From the NCBI GenBank assembly GCA_964566185.1, contig CAZMHS010000004.1:1-53450 (forward strand): a DNA stretch of 53,450 nucleotides, given 5' to 3'. The DNA comes from an uncultured Alphaproteobacteria bacterium (lineage in GTDB: Bacteria; Pseudomonadota; Alphaproteobacteria; UBA3830; CAYLKK01). Below, piece after piece: positions 1 through 9,745 of the stretch. A program made the translations under genes and the position numbers. Under the pieces are notes generated by a model. It had not been told where the DNA came from and did not search any database. It saw only the letters and a list, made by a program, of their open reading frames with translations. Position 1 is the stretch's first letter, and every line of letters starts with the position of its first letter.

Positions 1-895
1 TTTTTGATGATAATCCAATTTTTGCGAATTTCCTTTTTATTTTTTCCTTCTTCTCTTGTCTTTCTAGTTCTTTCTGTTGCTTTCTTCTTTCCTTTTTTTG
101 TTGAGCCAGATCCTTTTGTTGTTTTGACGCTATTTGAAGTACTATGTTCCCATACACAGTTTGCAAACTAGCTGTATCTTCCGCGGTTAATTTCGAATAG
201 CCTACGGCATTAGCTCCTTCTCTTACGATTTGTTCAATCAGTTTTCGAGTTACATTACTTCCGGAAATCTGGTTGTTTTGCGATTCATTAGCTAATACAC
301 GCGCTATTGCAGCTTGTGCATCATCTTTTCCAAGTTGCTTGCGGAGAGCTCGTGGTAATGCGAAGCATTTCTTATTGAATAATTTGAGAAATTTATCAAC
401 TGGAATAAGCACTTCTTTTAGCATTGCTCCTCTTTCCATGCTAGATATGCTTTCTTTTAGTTCAGGTATTCTTTCTGCCGTACGCATTAAAAACTGATAG
501 CATGGAATGCATTCTTCTAACATTAAAGAGAGTAGTTCATGATACAATGTTTCTAAGCTGCCTTTACGATGAACAGATGCAGATATGTCAACTGTAATAC
601 GTTGATTCCAGTACTCAAAGTTTTGTGTTATCTGATCGTCTTGTCTTGAGGCATCTAATCGCTTATAAACATTGTACGCTGCTTTAAAATGCGTTTTAAG
701 ATCATTCGCTACAAGTTTCATCATAGCATGCATTTGCGAAATTAAGTTTTCATTTACTGCTTCTGTCGATTTTGAAATTGCTGCGTAATCTGTACTGTTT
801 ACTTGAACGTTTTGTTCTGCCGCAGTCGCAAGCGCAGCGTAACTGAAGAAACAACATATTGTTACACAGTGTAAATGTGTCGGGTACTTTTTCAT
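1..895 (-). CDS. Hypothetical secreted protein; the C-terminus runs off the left window edge (298 codons visible)
   Basis: I checked every minus-strand codon from the ATG at 895-893 down to position 2 and found no stop. GGAG lies 6-9 nt upstream. The N-terminus MKKYPTHLHCVTICCFFSYAALATAAEQN looks like a Sec signal peptide. The rest looks helical and ends in a K/E/Q-rich stretch (QQKKERRKQQKELERQEKKEKIKRK). It is absent from the ORF track because there is no stop inside the window. Confidence 0.6.
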   Translation of the reverse strand, partial: MKKYPTHLHCVTICCFFSYAALATAAEQNVQVNSTDYAAISKSTEAVNENLISQMHAMMKLVANDLKTHFKAAYNVYKRLDASRQDDQITQNFEYWNQRITVDISASVHRKGSLETLYHELLSLMLEECIPCYQFLMRTAERIPELKESISSMERGAMLKEVLIPVDKFLKLFNKKCFALPRALRKQLGKDDAQAAIARVLANESQNNQISGSNVTRKLIEQIVREGANAVGYSKLTAEDTASLQTVYGNIVLQIASKQQKDLAQQKKERRKQQKELERQEKKEKIKRKFAKIGLSSK

Positions 896-938
896 AACTA
901 TCTCCAAAATATATGATGTTATGATATATTAAAATGAT

Positions 939-1658
939 TTAAATAAGGTTAACAGGCGTAGATTTTTTATCTATGACTACTTCCTGGAAGTTTCCGGGCA
1001 TCATATCGTCGAGTTTGTATTTTCCGTAGGATGTACGAATTAAGCGGTTTACAGTTAGCTCAAAAGCGGCAAAAACTTTTCTAATTTCTCTATTTTTACC
1101 TTCATACAACTCCACATTTAACCACGAGTTTGTTGAGCCGCTAGATATGACAGATATTGTCATTGTACCATAATTTACGCCATCTATACATATACCTCTA
1201 CGGATACTATTTAGTTTGGAATCAGTTATTTTTCCGAAAACCCTAACACGATACGTTCTACGAATTTTATTTTTAGGTAATTCAAAATATCGTGAGACAT
1301 TACCATTATTTGTAAAAAGCAGCAAGCCTTCAGAATTGTAATCTAGGCGCCCAATATATAAAAGGCGTCCTTGATTATAATTTATTACATCAAAAACAGT
1401 CTTTCTTCCTTGTGGATCTCGTCTTGTTGTAATAACTCCTCTTGGCTTATAAAATTTCCATAGGCGAATTTTTTCTGATTTTACGTTTATTGGCTTCTCA
1501 TCTATATAAATTATATTTTCTTCATTCACAAAAAATACAGGTGAAGATATTTTCTCTCCATCTACAGAAACTCTACCGTCATTGATTATCTTTTCTGCTT
1601 CTCGTCTAGATGCAAAACCAGTATTGGCTATTGCTTTTGCTATACGTATCATGTTCAT
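939..1658 (-). CDS. rRNA pseudouridine synthase, RsuA/RluB family (S4 domain plus PseudoU_synth_2 core)
   Basis: N-terminal S4-like segment (IAKAIANTGFASRREAEKIINDGRVSVDG) and the catalytic motif GRLDYNSEGLLLFTNNG. Overlaps the upstream gene by 4 nt. Confidence 0.85.
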   Translation of the reverse strand: MNMIRIAKAIANTGFASRREAEKIINDGRVSVDGEKISSPVFFVNEENIIYIDEKPINVKSEKIRLWKFYKPRGVITTRRDPQGRKTVFDVINYNQGRLLYIGRLDYNSEGLLLFTNNGNVSRYFELPKNKIRRTYRVRVFGKITDSKLNSIRRGICIDGVNYGTMTISVISSGSTNSWLNVELYEGKNREIRKVFAAFELTVNRLIRTSYGKYKLDDMMPGNFQEVVIDKKSTPVNLI

Positions 1659-2437
1659 AATTCTATTATTAAGCCATCATACGCAGGTCGTATCGTATCT
1701 GGTAGCATGTGAACTAATGTATCATAATCCATTGAGAAGTCCATATGAGTTAAGTATGTCTTTTTTGGCTTTATATTTTCTACTAACTGTAAAGTTTGTT
1801 TTAAGTTCATATGCGCTTTACTCTCTCTTTCAAAAGATAGGCAATCGACAATTAATACGTCTAAATTTCGCAATTTATTCAAGGATTGTAAGGAAAGTCC
1901 TGAGACATCCGTAGCATATGCAAAATTGTCGATTCTAAATCCTGTACAGTTTAAAATTCCATGCTTCATATCTACGCAAGTTATTTCTATGCTATCTGAT
2001 TCCTTATCAATTTTAAACAAATCTCCTTGTATCTCTTCAGCATGTAACGTAGGTTTATAAATCTCCTCTTGTGATGGATTGAAAAACATGAATTCTGCGA
2101 TTTGTTTTACATAATCTAATACTGATTTTCTAGCATAGACATGAACAAGGTCATTCCTGCTATAAAAGATTGGACGTAAGTCTCCTATGCCAAATACGTG
2201 GTCGAAATGTGCATGAGTATAAAAAATAGCATCTATGTATGGCATTTTTTCTAGCCGTAAGAGTTGTGTCCTAAGATCTGGAGAGGTGTCAATTAAAATA
2301 CAAAAATCTCTTATTTCTAGCAATACAGACGATCTCGTCCTATTATTTTTTGCATTATTCGGATCACAATTTCCCCATTTGTATATTGGATGTGGGACTC
2401 CTGTCGATGCACCACATCCTAATACTGTTATTTTCAC
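1655..2437 (-). CDS. MBL-fold metallo-hydrolase (PhnP-like)
   Basis: HxHxDH motif (YTHAHFDH) and N-terminal KITVLGCGASTG. Sits after metG-tatD, as is common in alphaproteobacteria. Confidence 0.8.
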   Translation of the reverse strand: MKITVLGCGASTGVPHPIYKWGNCDPNNAKNNRTRSSVLLEIRDFCILIDTSPDLRTQLLRLEKMPYIDAIFYTHAHFDHVFGIGDLRPIFYSRNDLVHVYARKSVLDYVKQIAEFMFFNPSQEEIYKPTLHAEEIQGDLFKIDKESDSIEITCVDMKHGILNCTGFRIDNFAYATDVSGLSLQSLNKLRNLDVLIVDCLSFERESKAHMNLKQTLQLVENIKPKKTYLTHMDFSMDYDTLVHMLPDTIRPAYDGLIIEL

Positions 2438-3267
2438 AAATTCTTACTCCTATTGAATGCATGAAAAAAATTTGCAGCAATTTGTTCATTCAAGAAATTT
2501 ATGTCAATTCCTTTGATCGATGCGATACATTCAGCGGTAAAATGTATCAGCGCCGGTTCATTAATGCTTCCCCTATGAGGGACTGGGGCTAAAAACGGCG
2601 CGTCTGTTTCTGTCAGCAGCATGTCTAGTGGAACGTATTTTATAGTTTCTCTGACTAAATTTGCATTTTTAAATGTTGCAATTCCAGAGAAAGATAAAAA
2701 TAGTCCAAAATCTAAATATTTTTTTGCAATTTCAATACTGCCTGAAAAACAATGCATGATACCACGTGGTTTATTCGCCCGTAATAATATATCTAGCGTA
2801 TCTGTTTCTGCGTATCGCGAATGTATTTGCAATGGTAAATCTAGTTCTTTCGATAATTGACAAAATATTTCGAACATTCTTATTTGTGAGCTTTTATTAT
2901 AAGACTCAAGCCTATAATCTAACCCGCATTCTCCCAAACATACAACTTTTTTATCTTTTGCAAGTTTCTTTAATGTATCTACAAGCTGTTGTTCTGTCGT
3001 CGTTCGTAATATTGTATCTGCGTTGTCTGGATGTATGCCTACTCCTGCGAAGACTTGCAATGTTCTACATAACACATCTGAGCTATTTACTATTTCTATG
3101 TTTTTCTTGCTATCATCCAAGTTTGTTCCTACTGCAATGATATGTGTTACTCCGCTTGTTTCTGCTCTTGAAAGTATGTCTGAAACGCCAAACACGTTAT
3201 TAGTTTTACGTTCATCGCAAAACGTCCGGTAATCTTCAAAATTTAAATGACAATGCGCATCTATCAT
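2434..3267 (-). CDS. tatD: TatD-family metal-dependent DNase/hydrolase
   Basis: MIDAHCHLNF start, an internal GECGLDY block, and IHSR / ETDAPFL motifs typical of TatD. Confidence 0.88.
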   Translation of the reverse strand: MIDAHCHLNFEDYRTFCDERKTNNVFGVSDILSRAETSGVTHIIAVGTNLDDSKKNIEIVNSSDVLCRTLQVFAGVGIHPDNADTILRTTTEQQLVDTLKKLAKDKKVVCLGECGLDYRLESYNKSSQIRMFEIFCQLSKELDLPLQIHSRYAETDTLDILLRANKPRGIMHCFSGSIEIAKKYLDFGLFLSFSGIATFKNANLVRETIKYVPLDMLLTETDAPFLAPVPHRGSINEPALIHFTAECIASIKGIDINFLNEQIAANFFHAFNRSKNL

Positions 3268-4748
3268 TATTTGTCATCTTTCGGAAACAAAGGAAAATGA
3301 TCTGGAAGTACTTGCGAGCTTAGAGGTTCTTGCAATTCTTTAAATAATTCACCTTTGGTGCGTAAAAATTCACACGCTTGTGAACATATCGTTGGCATAA
3401 ATGGCTTTAAGCACATTGAAATACTTCTTGTTGCTTCTAATAATGCAGTGATTGTTGTGCAAAACGCTATGGTGTCATTATTTTTAAGCAATGCCCATGG
3501 TTTTGTCTCTTCAACGAATCTATTCGATTCTGTCACTAATTGCCATATTGCATCTAACGCTCCAGAAATATCCTGCATCTCAAAATATTTAATCAGTTCA
3601 TTTGGTAGACTCTTAGCTTTTGCTATTAGATTATTATTCTTTTCTTGTTGATTATATGTCGGAGAGAAACCTTCGAATTTTTTGGCTAACGATATTACTC
3701 TCTGTACCAGATTCCCAAAATCATTTCTGAGGTCGTAATTTAGTCTTTTTTCAACAGCTTGTTTTGAAAAATCGCCATCTTCACCAAATCTTATTTCTCG
3801 AAACAAGTAATATCTAATCACGTCAGGATGATACAGTTTTGTTATTTCTTCTGGGTATATTACGTTTCCAAGAGATTTTGACATCTTTACTCCTTCACTT
3901 GTTAGCCATCCATGCGCAAAAATTCTTTTTGGTAATGGTAAGCCTGCTGACATCAGTAATGCCGGCCAGTAGATTGCATGAAACTTTAATATCTCCTTAC
4001 CAACTAGGTGCACGCAAGTTTGAAATTGTTCAGGAACATCATTGTTTTTCGGATAGCCTAATGCCGTTAGGTAGTTTGTTAGCGCATCGATCCATACGTA
4101 CATTACATGTTTTTCATCGTTTGGAACCGGTATACCCCAAGAAAATCTTGATCTGGATATACATAAATCATTTAATCCTTGTTTCACAATCGATTCAACT
4201 TCTCTCATTCTTTTTTCTGGCGCAATAAATTGAGAATTCGATCTATAGTATTCTAATAATCTATCTTTGTATTTAGATAACGCAAAAAAGTAACAGTCTT
4301 CTTCCATCCAAGAAACAGTATGCCCATCTTTTGTCTTTCCGTTGCAAACGTCAGCTTCTGCGACAAAGCATTCATCTACAGAATCGTACCAACCTTTGTA
4401 TGTGCTTTTGTAAATATCATGAGCTATTGCATTCCAAAATTCTTGCGCTGCTTTTTTGTGTCTTTCTTCTGTTGTCCTTATAAAATCAGTATTCGACAGG
4501 TTCCAAATAGTTGATAGTTTTCTGAACTCTGCTGACATTACGTCGCAAAATTCTTGTGGAGATTTTCCTTGCTTTTCTGCTGATTGAGCTACTTTCATAC
4601 CATGCTCATCTGTGCCTGTAAGAAAAAACACGTCGTGTCCGTGCATTCGCCAAAACCTAGATAATATATCTGCAGCGATACTTGTATATGATGAACCTAT
4701 GTGCGGTTTTCCGTTGACGTAATAAATCGGTGTTGTAATATACTTCAT
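3267..4748 (-). CDS. metG: Methionine--tRNA ligase (short form, without the C-terminal tRNA-binding domain)
   Basis: HIGH-type motif (GKPHIGSSYT), KMSKS motif (VKMSKSLGN) and a class I fold-like sequence throughout. Confidence 0.93.
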   Translation of the reverse strand: MKYITTPIYYVNGKPHIGSSYTSIAADILSRFWRMHGHDVFFLTGTDEHGMKVAQSAEKQGKSPQEFCDVMSAEFRKLSTIWNLSNTDFIRTTEERHKKAAQEFWNAIAHDIYKSTYKGWYDSVDECFVAEADVCNGKTKDGHTVSWMEEDCYFFALSKYKDRLLEYYRSNSQFIAPEKRMREVESIVKQGLNDLCISRSRFSWGIPVPNDEKHVMYVWIDALTNYLTALGYPKNNDVPEQFQTCVHLVGKEILKFHAIYWPALLMSAGLPLPKRIFAHGWLTSEGVKMSKSLGNVIYPEEITKLYHPDVIRYYLFREIRFGEDGDFSKQAVEKRLNYDLRNDFGNLVQRVISLAKKFEGFSPTYNQQEKNNNLIAKAKSLPNELIKYFEMQDISGALDAIWQLVTESNRFVEETKPWALLKNNDTIAFCTTITALLEATRSISMCLKPFMPTICSQACEFLRTKGELFKELQEPLSSQVLPDHFPLFPKDDK

Positions 4749-4752
4749 TTCT

Positions 4753-5526
4753 TTATCCTTGAGTTGCTCTTTCTCTACTTAAAAATTCTTTTGCTAATTC
4801 AACATATGCTATAGTTCCAGCGCACTTATGGTCGAACATTAAAACAGGCAAGCCAAATGATGGTGCTTCACTTATTTTGATATTCTTTGGAATGACAGTT
4901 TTAAATACTAAATCTGCAAAGTGCTGTTGTACATCTTGTGCTACTCTATAGCTTAATTTATTTCTTGTGTCAAACATCGTGAGCACAATACCTGAAATTT
5001 TCAAATTTTTATTTATAGAGCCTCTGACGCTTTTTATCGTTTGAATCAACTGTGCTAAGCCTTCTAAAGCAAAAAACTCACACTGTAATGGAATTACTAT
5101 TTTATCAGCGGTGTTTAATGCGTTTAACGTGATTAGTCCAAATCCTGGTGGACAATCTATGAAAATATAATCTGCGTCAGCATCTTTTAATGAACGTTTT
5201 AGGGCACTTTCCCTGTTTTTTTGAGTAACTAATTCTATTTCTGCTGCTGACAAATCTATTGTTGATGGCACGACAGATAAATTTGGAACACAAGTCTCTT
5301 GTTGTGTTTCTTTAAAGCTTCTTGCTCCAATCAATAATCCATAACTGCTATTTAAGCCGTTATTCTTTTTCACTCCAAGTCCTGTCGTCGCGTTTCCTTG
5401 CGGGTCCATATCTATTAAAGTTACACGTCTTCCGCATGCTGCTAACGCTGCCGCTAAATTAATTGCTGTTGTTGTTTTTCCTACACCACCTTTTTGGTTA
5501 ATTATCGCTACTATTCTTTTTGTCAC
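4753..5526 (-). CDS. parA: Chromosome partitioning ATPase ParA/Soj
   Basis: Deviant Walker A NQKGGVGKTTTAINLA. GTG start overlaps the rsmG stop (GTGA). Classic rsmG-parA context. Confidence 0.9.
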   Translation of the reverse strand: MTKRIVAIINQKGGVGKTTTAINLAAALAACGRRVTLIDMDPQGNATTGLGVKKNNGLNSSYGLLIGARSFKETQQETCVPNLSVVPSTIDLSAAEIELVTQKNRESALKRSLKDADADYIFIDCPPGFGLITLNALNTADKIVIPLQCEFFALEGLAQLIQTIKSVRGSINKNLKISGIVLTMFDTRNKLSYRVAQDVQQHFADLVFKTVIPKNIKISEAPSFGLPVLMFDHKCAGTIAYVELAKEFLSRERATQG

Positions 5527-6107
5527 AGTTCTACTACCAATATACGTCCATTTACATCTGTAATACTATCATATAAATCAAATTTAAATCTCTCTTTTTC
5601 TTCTGCTTCTCTTATTTCTTGAGAGACTTTTGATCCTTTTAAATATACACCTTTTTTAGCATACATTTTCTGTATTTTTAAAATATTTCGTAAGCTTGAA
5701 AAGCCCCTTGCTGTTATAATGTCTACATCTCGTATTTGTTCTGTCGCATCTTCTATCCTGCTATTTAAAATGGTTGCACTTATTCCTAAGTGGTCTACAA
5801 CGGTCTGTAAAAAACAACATTTTCGAAAATCTGCGTCTACGCAAGTTACATTGTATGAATTAGTTATTGCTAAAACTAACCCTGGAAAACCTCCTCCAGA
5901 ACCTACATCAACTACATTACTGCCAACAGGAATATATCGAATTAATTGAAGACTATCAAGTATATGTCGCGACCAGATATTATTTATTGTTTCATTTGAT
6001 ATCAGGTTTATTTGCTTTTGCCATTTTACTAACAGCTCTTCTAATATCTTAAGTTTATCAATTGTTTCACGTGAAACGAATTGTTGAACAAACTCATCTT
6101 CTGTCAT
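5523..6107 (-). CDS. rsmG: 16S rRNA (guanine527-N7)-methyltransferase RsmG (GidB)
   Basis: SAM-binding motif DVGSGGGFPGLVLA, about 194 aa, directly upstream of parA. Confidence 0.88.
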   Translation of the reverse strand: MTEDEFVQQFVSRETIDKLKILEELLVKWQKQINLISNETINNIWSRHILDSLQLIRYIPVGSNVVDVGSGGGFPGLVLAITNSYNVTCVDADFRKCCFLQTVVDHLGISATILNSRIEDATEQIRDVDIITARGFSSLRNILKIQKMYAKKGVYLKGSKVSQEIREAEEKERFKFDLYDSITDVNGRILVVEL

Positions 6108-6111
6108 TTTT

Positions 6112-8010
6112 TTAACTTAGGAAGCTTTTTAGCTTTTTCGATCTGCTAGGATGTTTCAGCTTTCTAAGAGCTTTTGCTTCAATTTGGCGTATTCTTTCTC
6201 TTGTAACGGCGAACTGTTGACCAACTTCCTCTAGCGTGTGATCTGAGTTCATTCCAACGCCAAATCTCATTCTTAAAACTCTTTCTTCTCTTGGCGTTAA
6301 GCTCGCTAGTACAGCGTTTGTTGTGTCTTTCAAATTCGTATCTATAGCTACATCTACTGGAAGCGCCGTGTTTTTATCTTCTAAGAAATCGCCAAGATGC
6401 GAATCTTCTTCGTCTCCTATTGGCGTTTCTAAACTGACAGGTTCTTTCGAAATCTTGAGTACTTTGCGTACCTTATCCACAGACATATGCATTTTTTCTG
6501 CTAATTCTTCTGGCGATGGCTCTTTCCCGTGTTCGTTTAAATACGCTCTTGATGCTCTTACTATTTTGTTTATCGTTTCTATCATGTGTACAGGGATTCT
6601 AATAGTTCTAGCTTGATCTGCTATCGCTCTCGTTATTGCTTGCCTAATCCACCAAGTCGCGTATGTCGAAAATTTGTATCCTCTTTGGTACTCAAATTTA
6701 TCTACAGCTTTCATGAGCCCGATATTGCCTTCTTGGATTAGGTCCAAGAACTGCAAACCTCTGTTTGTATATTTTTTTGCTATTGAAATCACCAGGCGAA
6801 GATTGGCTTCAACCATCTTGGCCTTTGCTTTAGTCGCTTCTCTATCTCCTTTTTGAATTGCTGATACAATCTTTCTGAATTCTGCAAGTTTTAACTCATA
6901 CTTGCTTTCTATTCTTTTTATTAAATTGAAATGCTCGGAAATTTCTTCTTCCTGTTTATTCATAAAATTCTGCCATGCTACGTTTTTAGACTCTAGTTCT
7001 TTCCATAGCTTTTCGTGCTCTGCGTTGTTATAAACTCGCAAAAATTCATCTCTTGTTATATTGCTTTCCTTCGCAAGTTTGAGCATCTTTGCGTCAGACT
7101 TGCCTAGTTGCTTTGCGTCGTTTAACACATCTTTGCACAACATGGATATCATGTTTGGTGTAAAGTTTATCGCCTGTAAAATTTCTACCATCTCTTTTTT
7201 CGCTTGCGTTCTTTTTACAGGTCGTGATTCTTCTATCACGAATTTTTTCTGCTCTACAGCTTTCGTCAGTAGCTGTAATAGCTGTGGTTTCGCTGCTTCT
7301 TCTGATGGTGTTAGCCTTATTTCTCCAGAATCATCTTGTATATCGTCTCTGAGTTTTACCTCTAAATCCTCTTCCGAATCATTTGCATCCATCGCGTTGC
7401 TTTGTTGTAATTGATTTTCTTCTAACAAAATTTCATCATCGTCTAGATCTCCACCAATCCCCTCTATTTGAAATGTCTCTTTAATTGCTACTTTGTTATT
7501 TTGTATATCTTTAATAAGTTGAGCTAGTTGTTCATAAGTCGTTGGAAGGCTTGATAAACCGTTTAGAATCGCTAATTTACCGATGCTGATTTTTTTGGAT
7601 AGCTCAACTTCACCGTCTCTTGATAGAAGCTCTATGTTACCCATTTCTCTCAAATACAACCTTACTGGATCATCTGTTTTTAAGACTTGTGCATCTGTAT
7701 CATATTGATATGCGCCTTTTGTTTTATCTTCCTTTAGTTCAAGTTCTACTTTTTCCGCTTCTTCAGGCTCTATGACCTTGATTCCAATATCTGCAAATTT
7801 CTGTAATATGTCATCTAAGTAATCAACGCCCATCGTTTCTTTTGGAAGCAAATCGTATAATTCTTCAAAAGTAACGTATCCTCTATCTCGTCCTAACGAT
7901 ATCAGCTGACGCATTTCTTCTTCATGAGAATCTTCGATGCTTAATTTGTTTCCTTCAATCTTTGTATCTTCTTGACTATCTACATTTTTTGCCGCTAATA
8001 CGCTCATCAT
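6112..8010 (-). CDS. rpoD: RNA polymerase sigma factor RpoD (sigma-70)
   Basis: Region 2 ([27 protein letters not shown]) and region 4.2 ([27 protein letters not shown]), with an acidic non-conserved N-terminal region. Confidence 0.95.
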   Translation of the reverse strand: MMSVLAAKNVDSQEDTKIEGNKLSIEDSHEEEMRQLISLGRDRGYVTFEELYDLLPKETMGVDYLDDILQKFADIGIKVIEPEEAEKVELELKEDKTKGAYQYDTDAQVLKTDDPVRLYLREMGNIELLSRDGEVELSKKISIGKLAILNGLSSLPTTYEQLAQLIKDIQNNKVAIKETFQIEGIGGDLDDDEILLEENQLQQSNAMDANDSEEDLEVKLRDDIQDDSGEIRLTPSEEAAKPQLLQLLTKAVEQKKFVIEESRPVKRTQAKKEMVEILQAINFTPNMISMLCKDVLNDAKQLGKSDAKMLKLAKESNITRDEFLRVYNNAEHEKLWKELESKNVAWQNFMNKQEEEISEHFNLIKRIESKYELKLAEFRKIVSAIQKGDREATKAKAKMVEANLRLVISIAKKYTNRGLQFLDLIQEGNIGLMKAVDKFEYQRGYKFSTYATWWIRQAITRAIADQARTIRIPVHMIETINKIVRASRAYLNEHGKEPSPEELAEKMHMSVDKVRKVLKISKEPVSLETPIGDEEDSHLGDFLEDKNTALPVDVAIDTNLKDTTNAVLASLTPREERVLRMRFGVGMNSDHTLEEVGQQFAVTRERIRQIEAKALRKLKHPSRSKKLKSFLS

Positions 8011-9743
8011 TACCTCTTTTGCTTTTCTATTAATGCCTGTTTTAGTATCTTGTATTTATTCCAATCTTCATAAGACAACTCTTGCTTCAAAGAGCACGCA
8101 ATCTTTTCAAGTTCTAGCTTTTCGGCTGTCGTCGTCATATATCTATCAAAGCAGTCATTCCAATATAACAACGCATCTTTATTTTGTGAATTTAACGCCA
8201 AACACTTTTCATTTAATAAACTATACAGCAAATCTGTAAGATCTTTATTGTATATTTTTTTTATTGCATTCTCAATAGTGTTGTTTTTAGCGTAGTCTTC
8301 TAATATTTCTTTTTTTATCCACTCATAAGATGAATTATAAAAGTCTAACATTGCAAATTTTTCAACTATACTATCAAATATATGCGGATTGTTTATAATA
8401 ATAGCAAGTAGCTCCTCTTGCATTTTTATTGTTTTTGATTGTATAGTCTGCACATTTAGTGTCTTTTTTATTGTTCTCTTATGCTTTGTGTTATTTATAT
8501 TTAATAAGCAATCGTGTTCTCTCTGTTTAAACCATTGCTTATACATAATTTTAATATTTTTATGTTGAATTATATCTATTGTGCTAGAGATCTTTTGTAA
8601 TATAAGCGCAATATCTTCTGGCGTATTATGACTTCCAAGTTCAAATGTGCTATACCATAGCCAATCTTGCAAACTGTAAGACGATTTTATGATATCGTTT
8701 ATATATTCTTTTCCTCCTCGTTTTATCGCTGCGTCAGGATCTTCTCCTTTTGGGATTTTCACAAAACGAAATGTTTTGCCTGGCTCAAGTTTAGGCATAA
8801 TTCGTTCAAGCCATCTATTCGCTGCTTTTATGCCTGGCAAATCGCCATCTAACATAACGATTGGCGCATTTGATAATTTCCAGCACAAATTAATTTGGTG
8901 TTCACTTATAGTCGTACCTAGGCATGCAATAGTCCTATCAAAACCGACTTCATGCATTGATACAACATCCATATATCCTTCTACTATAATTAGTTCTTTA
9001 TGTTTACCTTTTTTTGCTATGTTATATGCGTATAAATTATGACTTTTTTTGAATACATCTGTTTCCGGTGAATTGAGATATTTTGGAGGATGATCTTTTT
9101 CTATTGCTCTTCCTCCAAAGCCTATACAACGATCTGATGAATTAGATATAGGGAAAATCAGTCTTCCTGCGAACTTGTCGACAAATCTGCCTGATTTATT
9201 AAAAAAAACGCCTGTTTTTTCCAACGCAGATTTTGAGAATCCTTGGTCTACTGCTTCTTTGTATAAATCTGTGACGCTTGCATAACCTATTTCGAACTTT
9301 TTTATGCTATCTTCTGATATTCCGCGTTGTTTGATGTAATCAGTCAATCTTTTGTTTGTACATAACGATAAACTTTTTATGTACTGATTTTTTATAAATT
9401 GAAGCGCGTTAAGCTCTTCTTGAAACGAGCTTTTTTTACTATTTTTCGTTAACTGTGGGACTTTGATGTTTGCTATATCTGCTATTGTTTCTAAGGCCGT
9501 CATAAATTGAACATTTTCTGTTTGCATCACAAAATTAAACATATTTCCGTGCGCATTGCAGCCAAAACAGTAATATAATCCCTTTTCTGGATCAACTTTA
9601 AATGAACCTGTTTTTTCGTGATGAAAAGGGCATAGACCAAAATAATCTCGCCCTTTTTTTGTTAATTTCACCTTTCTAGAAACTACATCCAATATCGATA
9701 TTCTAGTTTTTAAAATTTCGATAAAGTCTTGTAAGTCTTTCAT
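8010..9743 (-). CDS. dnaG: DNA primase DnaG
   Basis: Zinc ribbon [13 protein letters not shown]...CFGCNAHG and a TOPRIM segment (IVEGYMDV). Its stop overlaps the rpoD start (TAATG). Confidence 0.93.
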   Translation of the reverse strand: MKDLQDFIEILKTRISILDVVSRKVKLTKKGRDYFGLCPFHHEKTGSFKVDPEKGLYYCFGCNAHGNMFNFVMQTENVQFMTALETIADIANIKVPQLTKNSKKSSFQEELNALQFIKNQYIKSLSLCTNKRLTDYIKQRGISEDSIKKFEIGYASVTDLYKEAVDQGFSKSALEKTGVFFNKSGRFVDKFAGRLIFPISNSSDRCIGFGGRAIEKDHPPKYLNSPETDVFKKSHNLYAYNIAKKGKHKELIIVEGYMDVVSMHEVGFDRTIACLGTTISEHQINLCWKLSNAPIVMLDGDLPGIKAANRWLERIMPKLEPGKTFRFVKIPKGEDPDAAIKRGGKEYINDIIKSSYSLQDWLWYSTFELGSHNTPEDIALILQKISSTIDIIQHKNIKIMYKQWFKQREHDCLLNINNTKHKRTIKKTLNVQTIQSKTIKMQEELLAIIINNPHIFDSIVEKFAMLDFYNSSYEWIKKEILEDYAKNNTIENAIKKIYNKDLTDLLYSLLNEKCLALNSQNKDALLYWNDCFDRYMTTTAEKLELEKIACSLKQELSYEDWNKYKILKQALIEKQKR

Positions 9744-9745
9744 AC

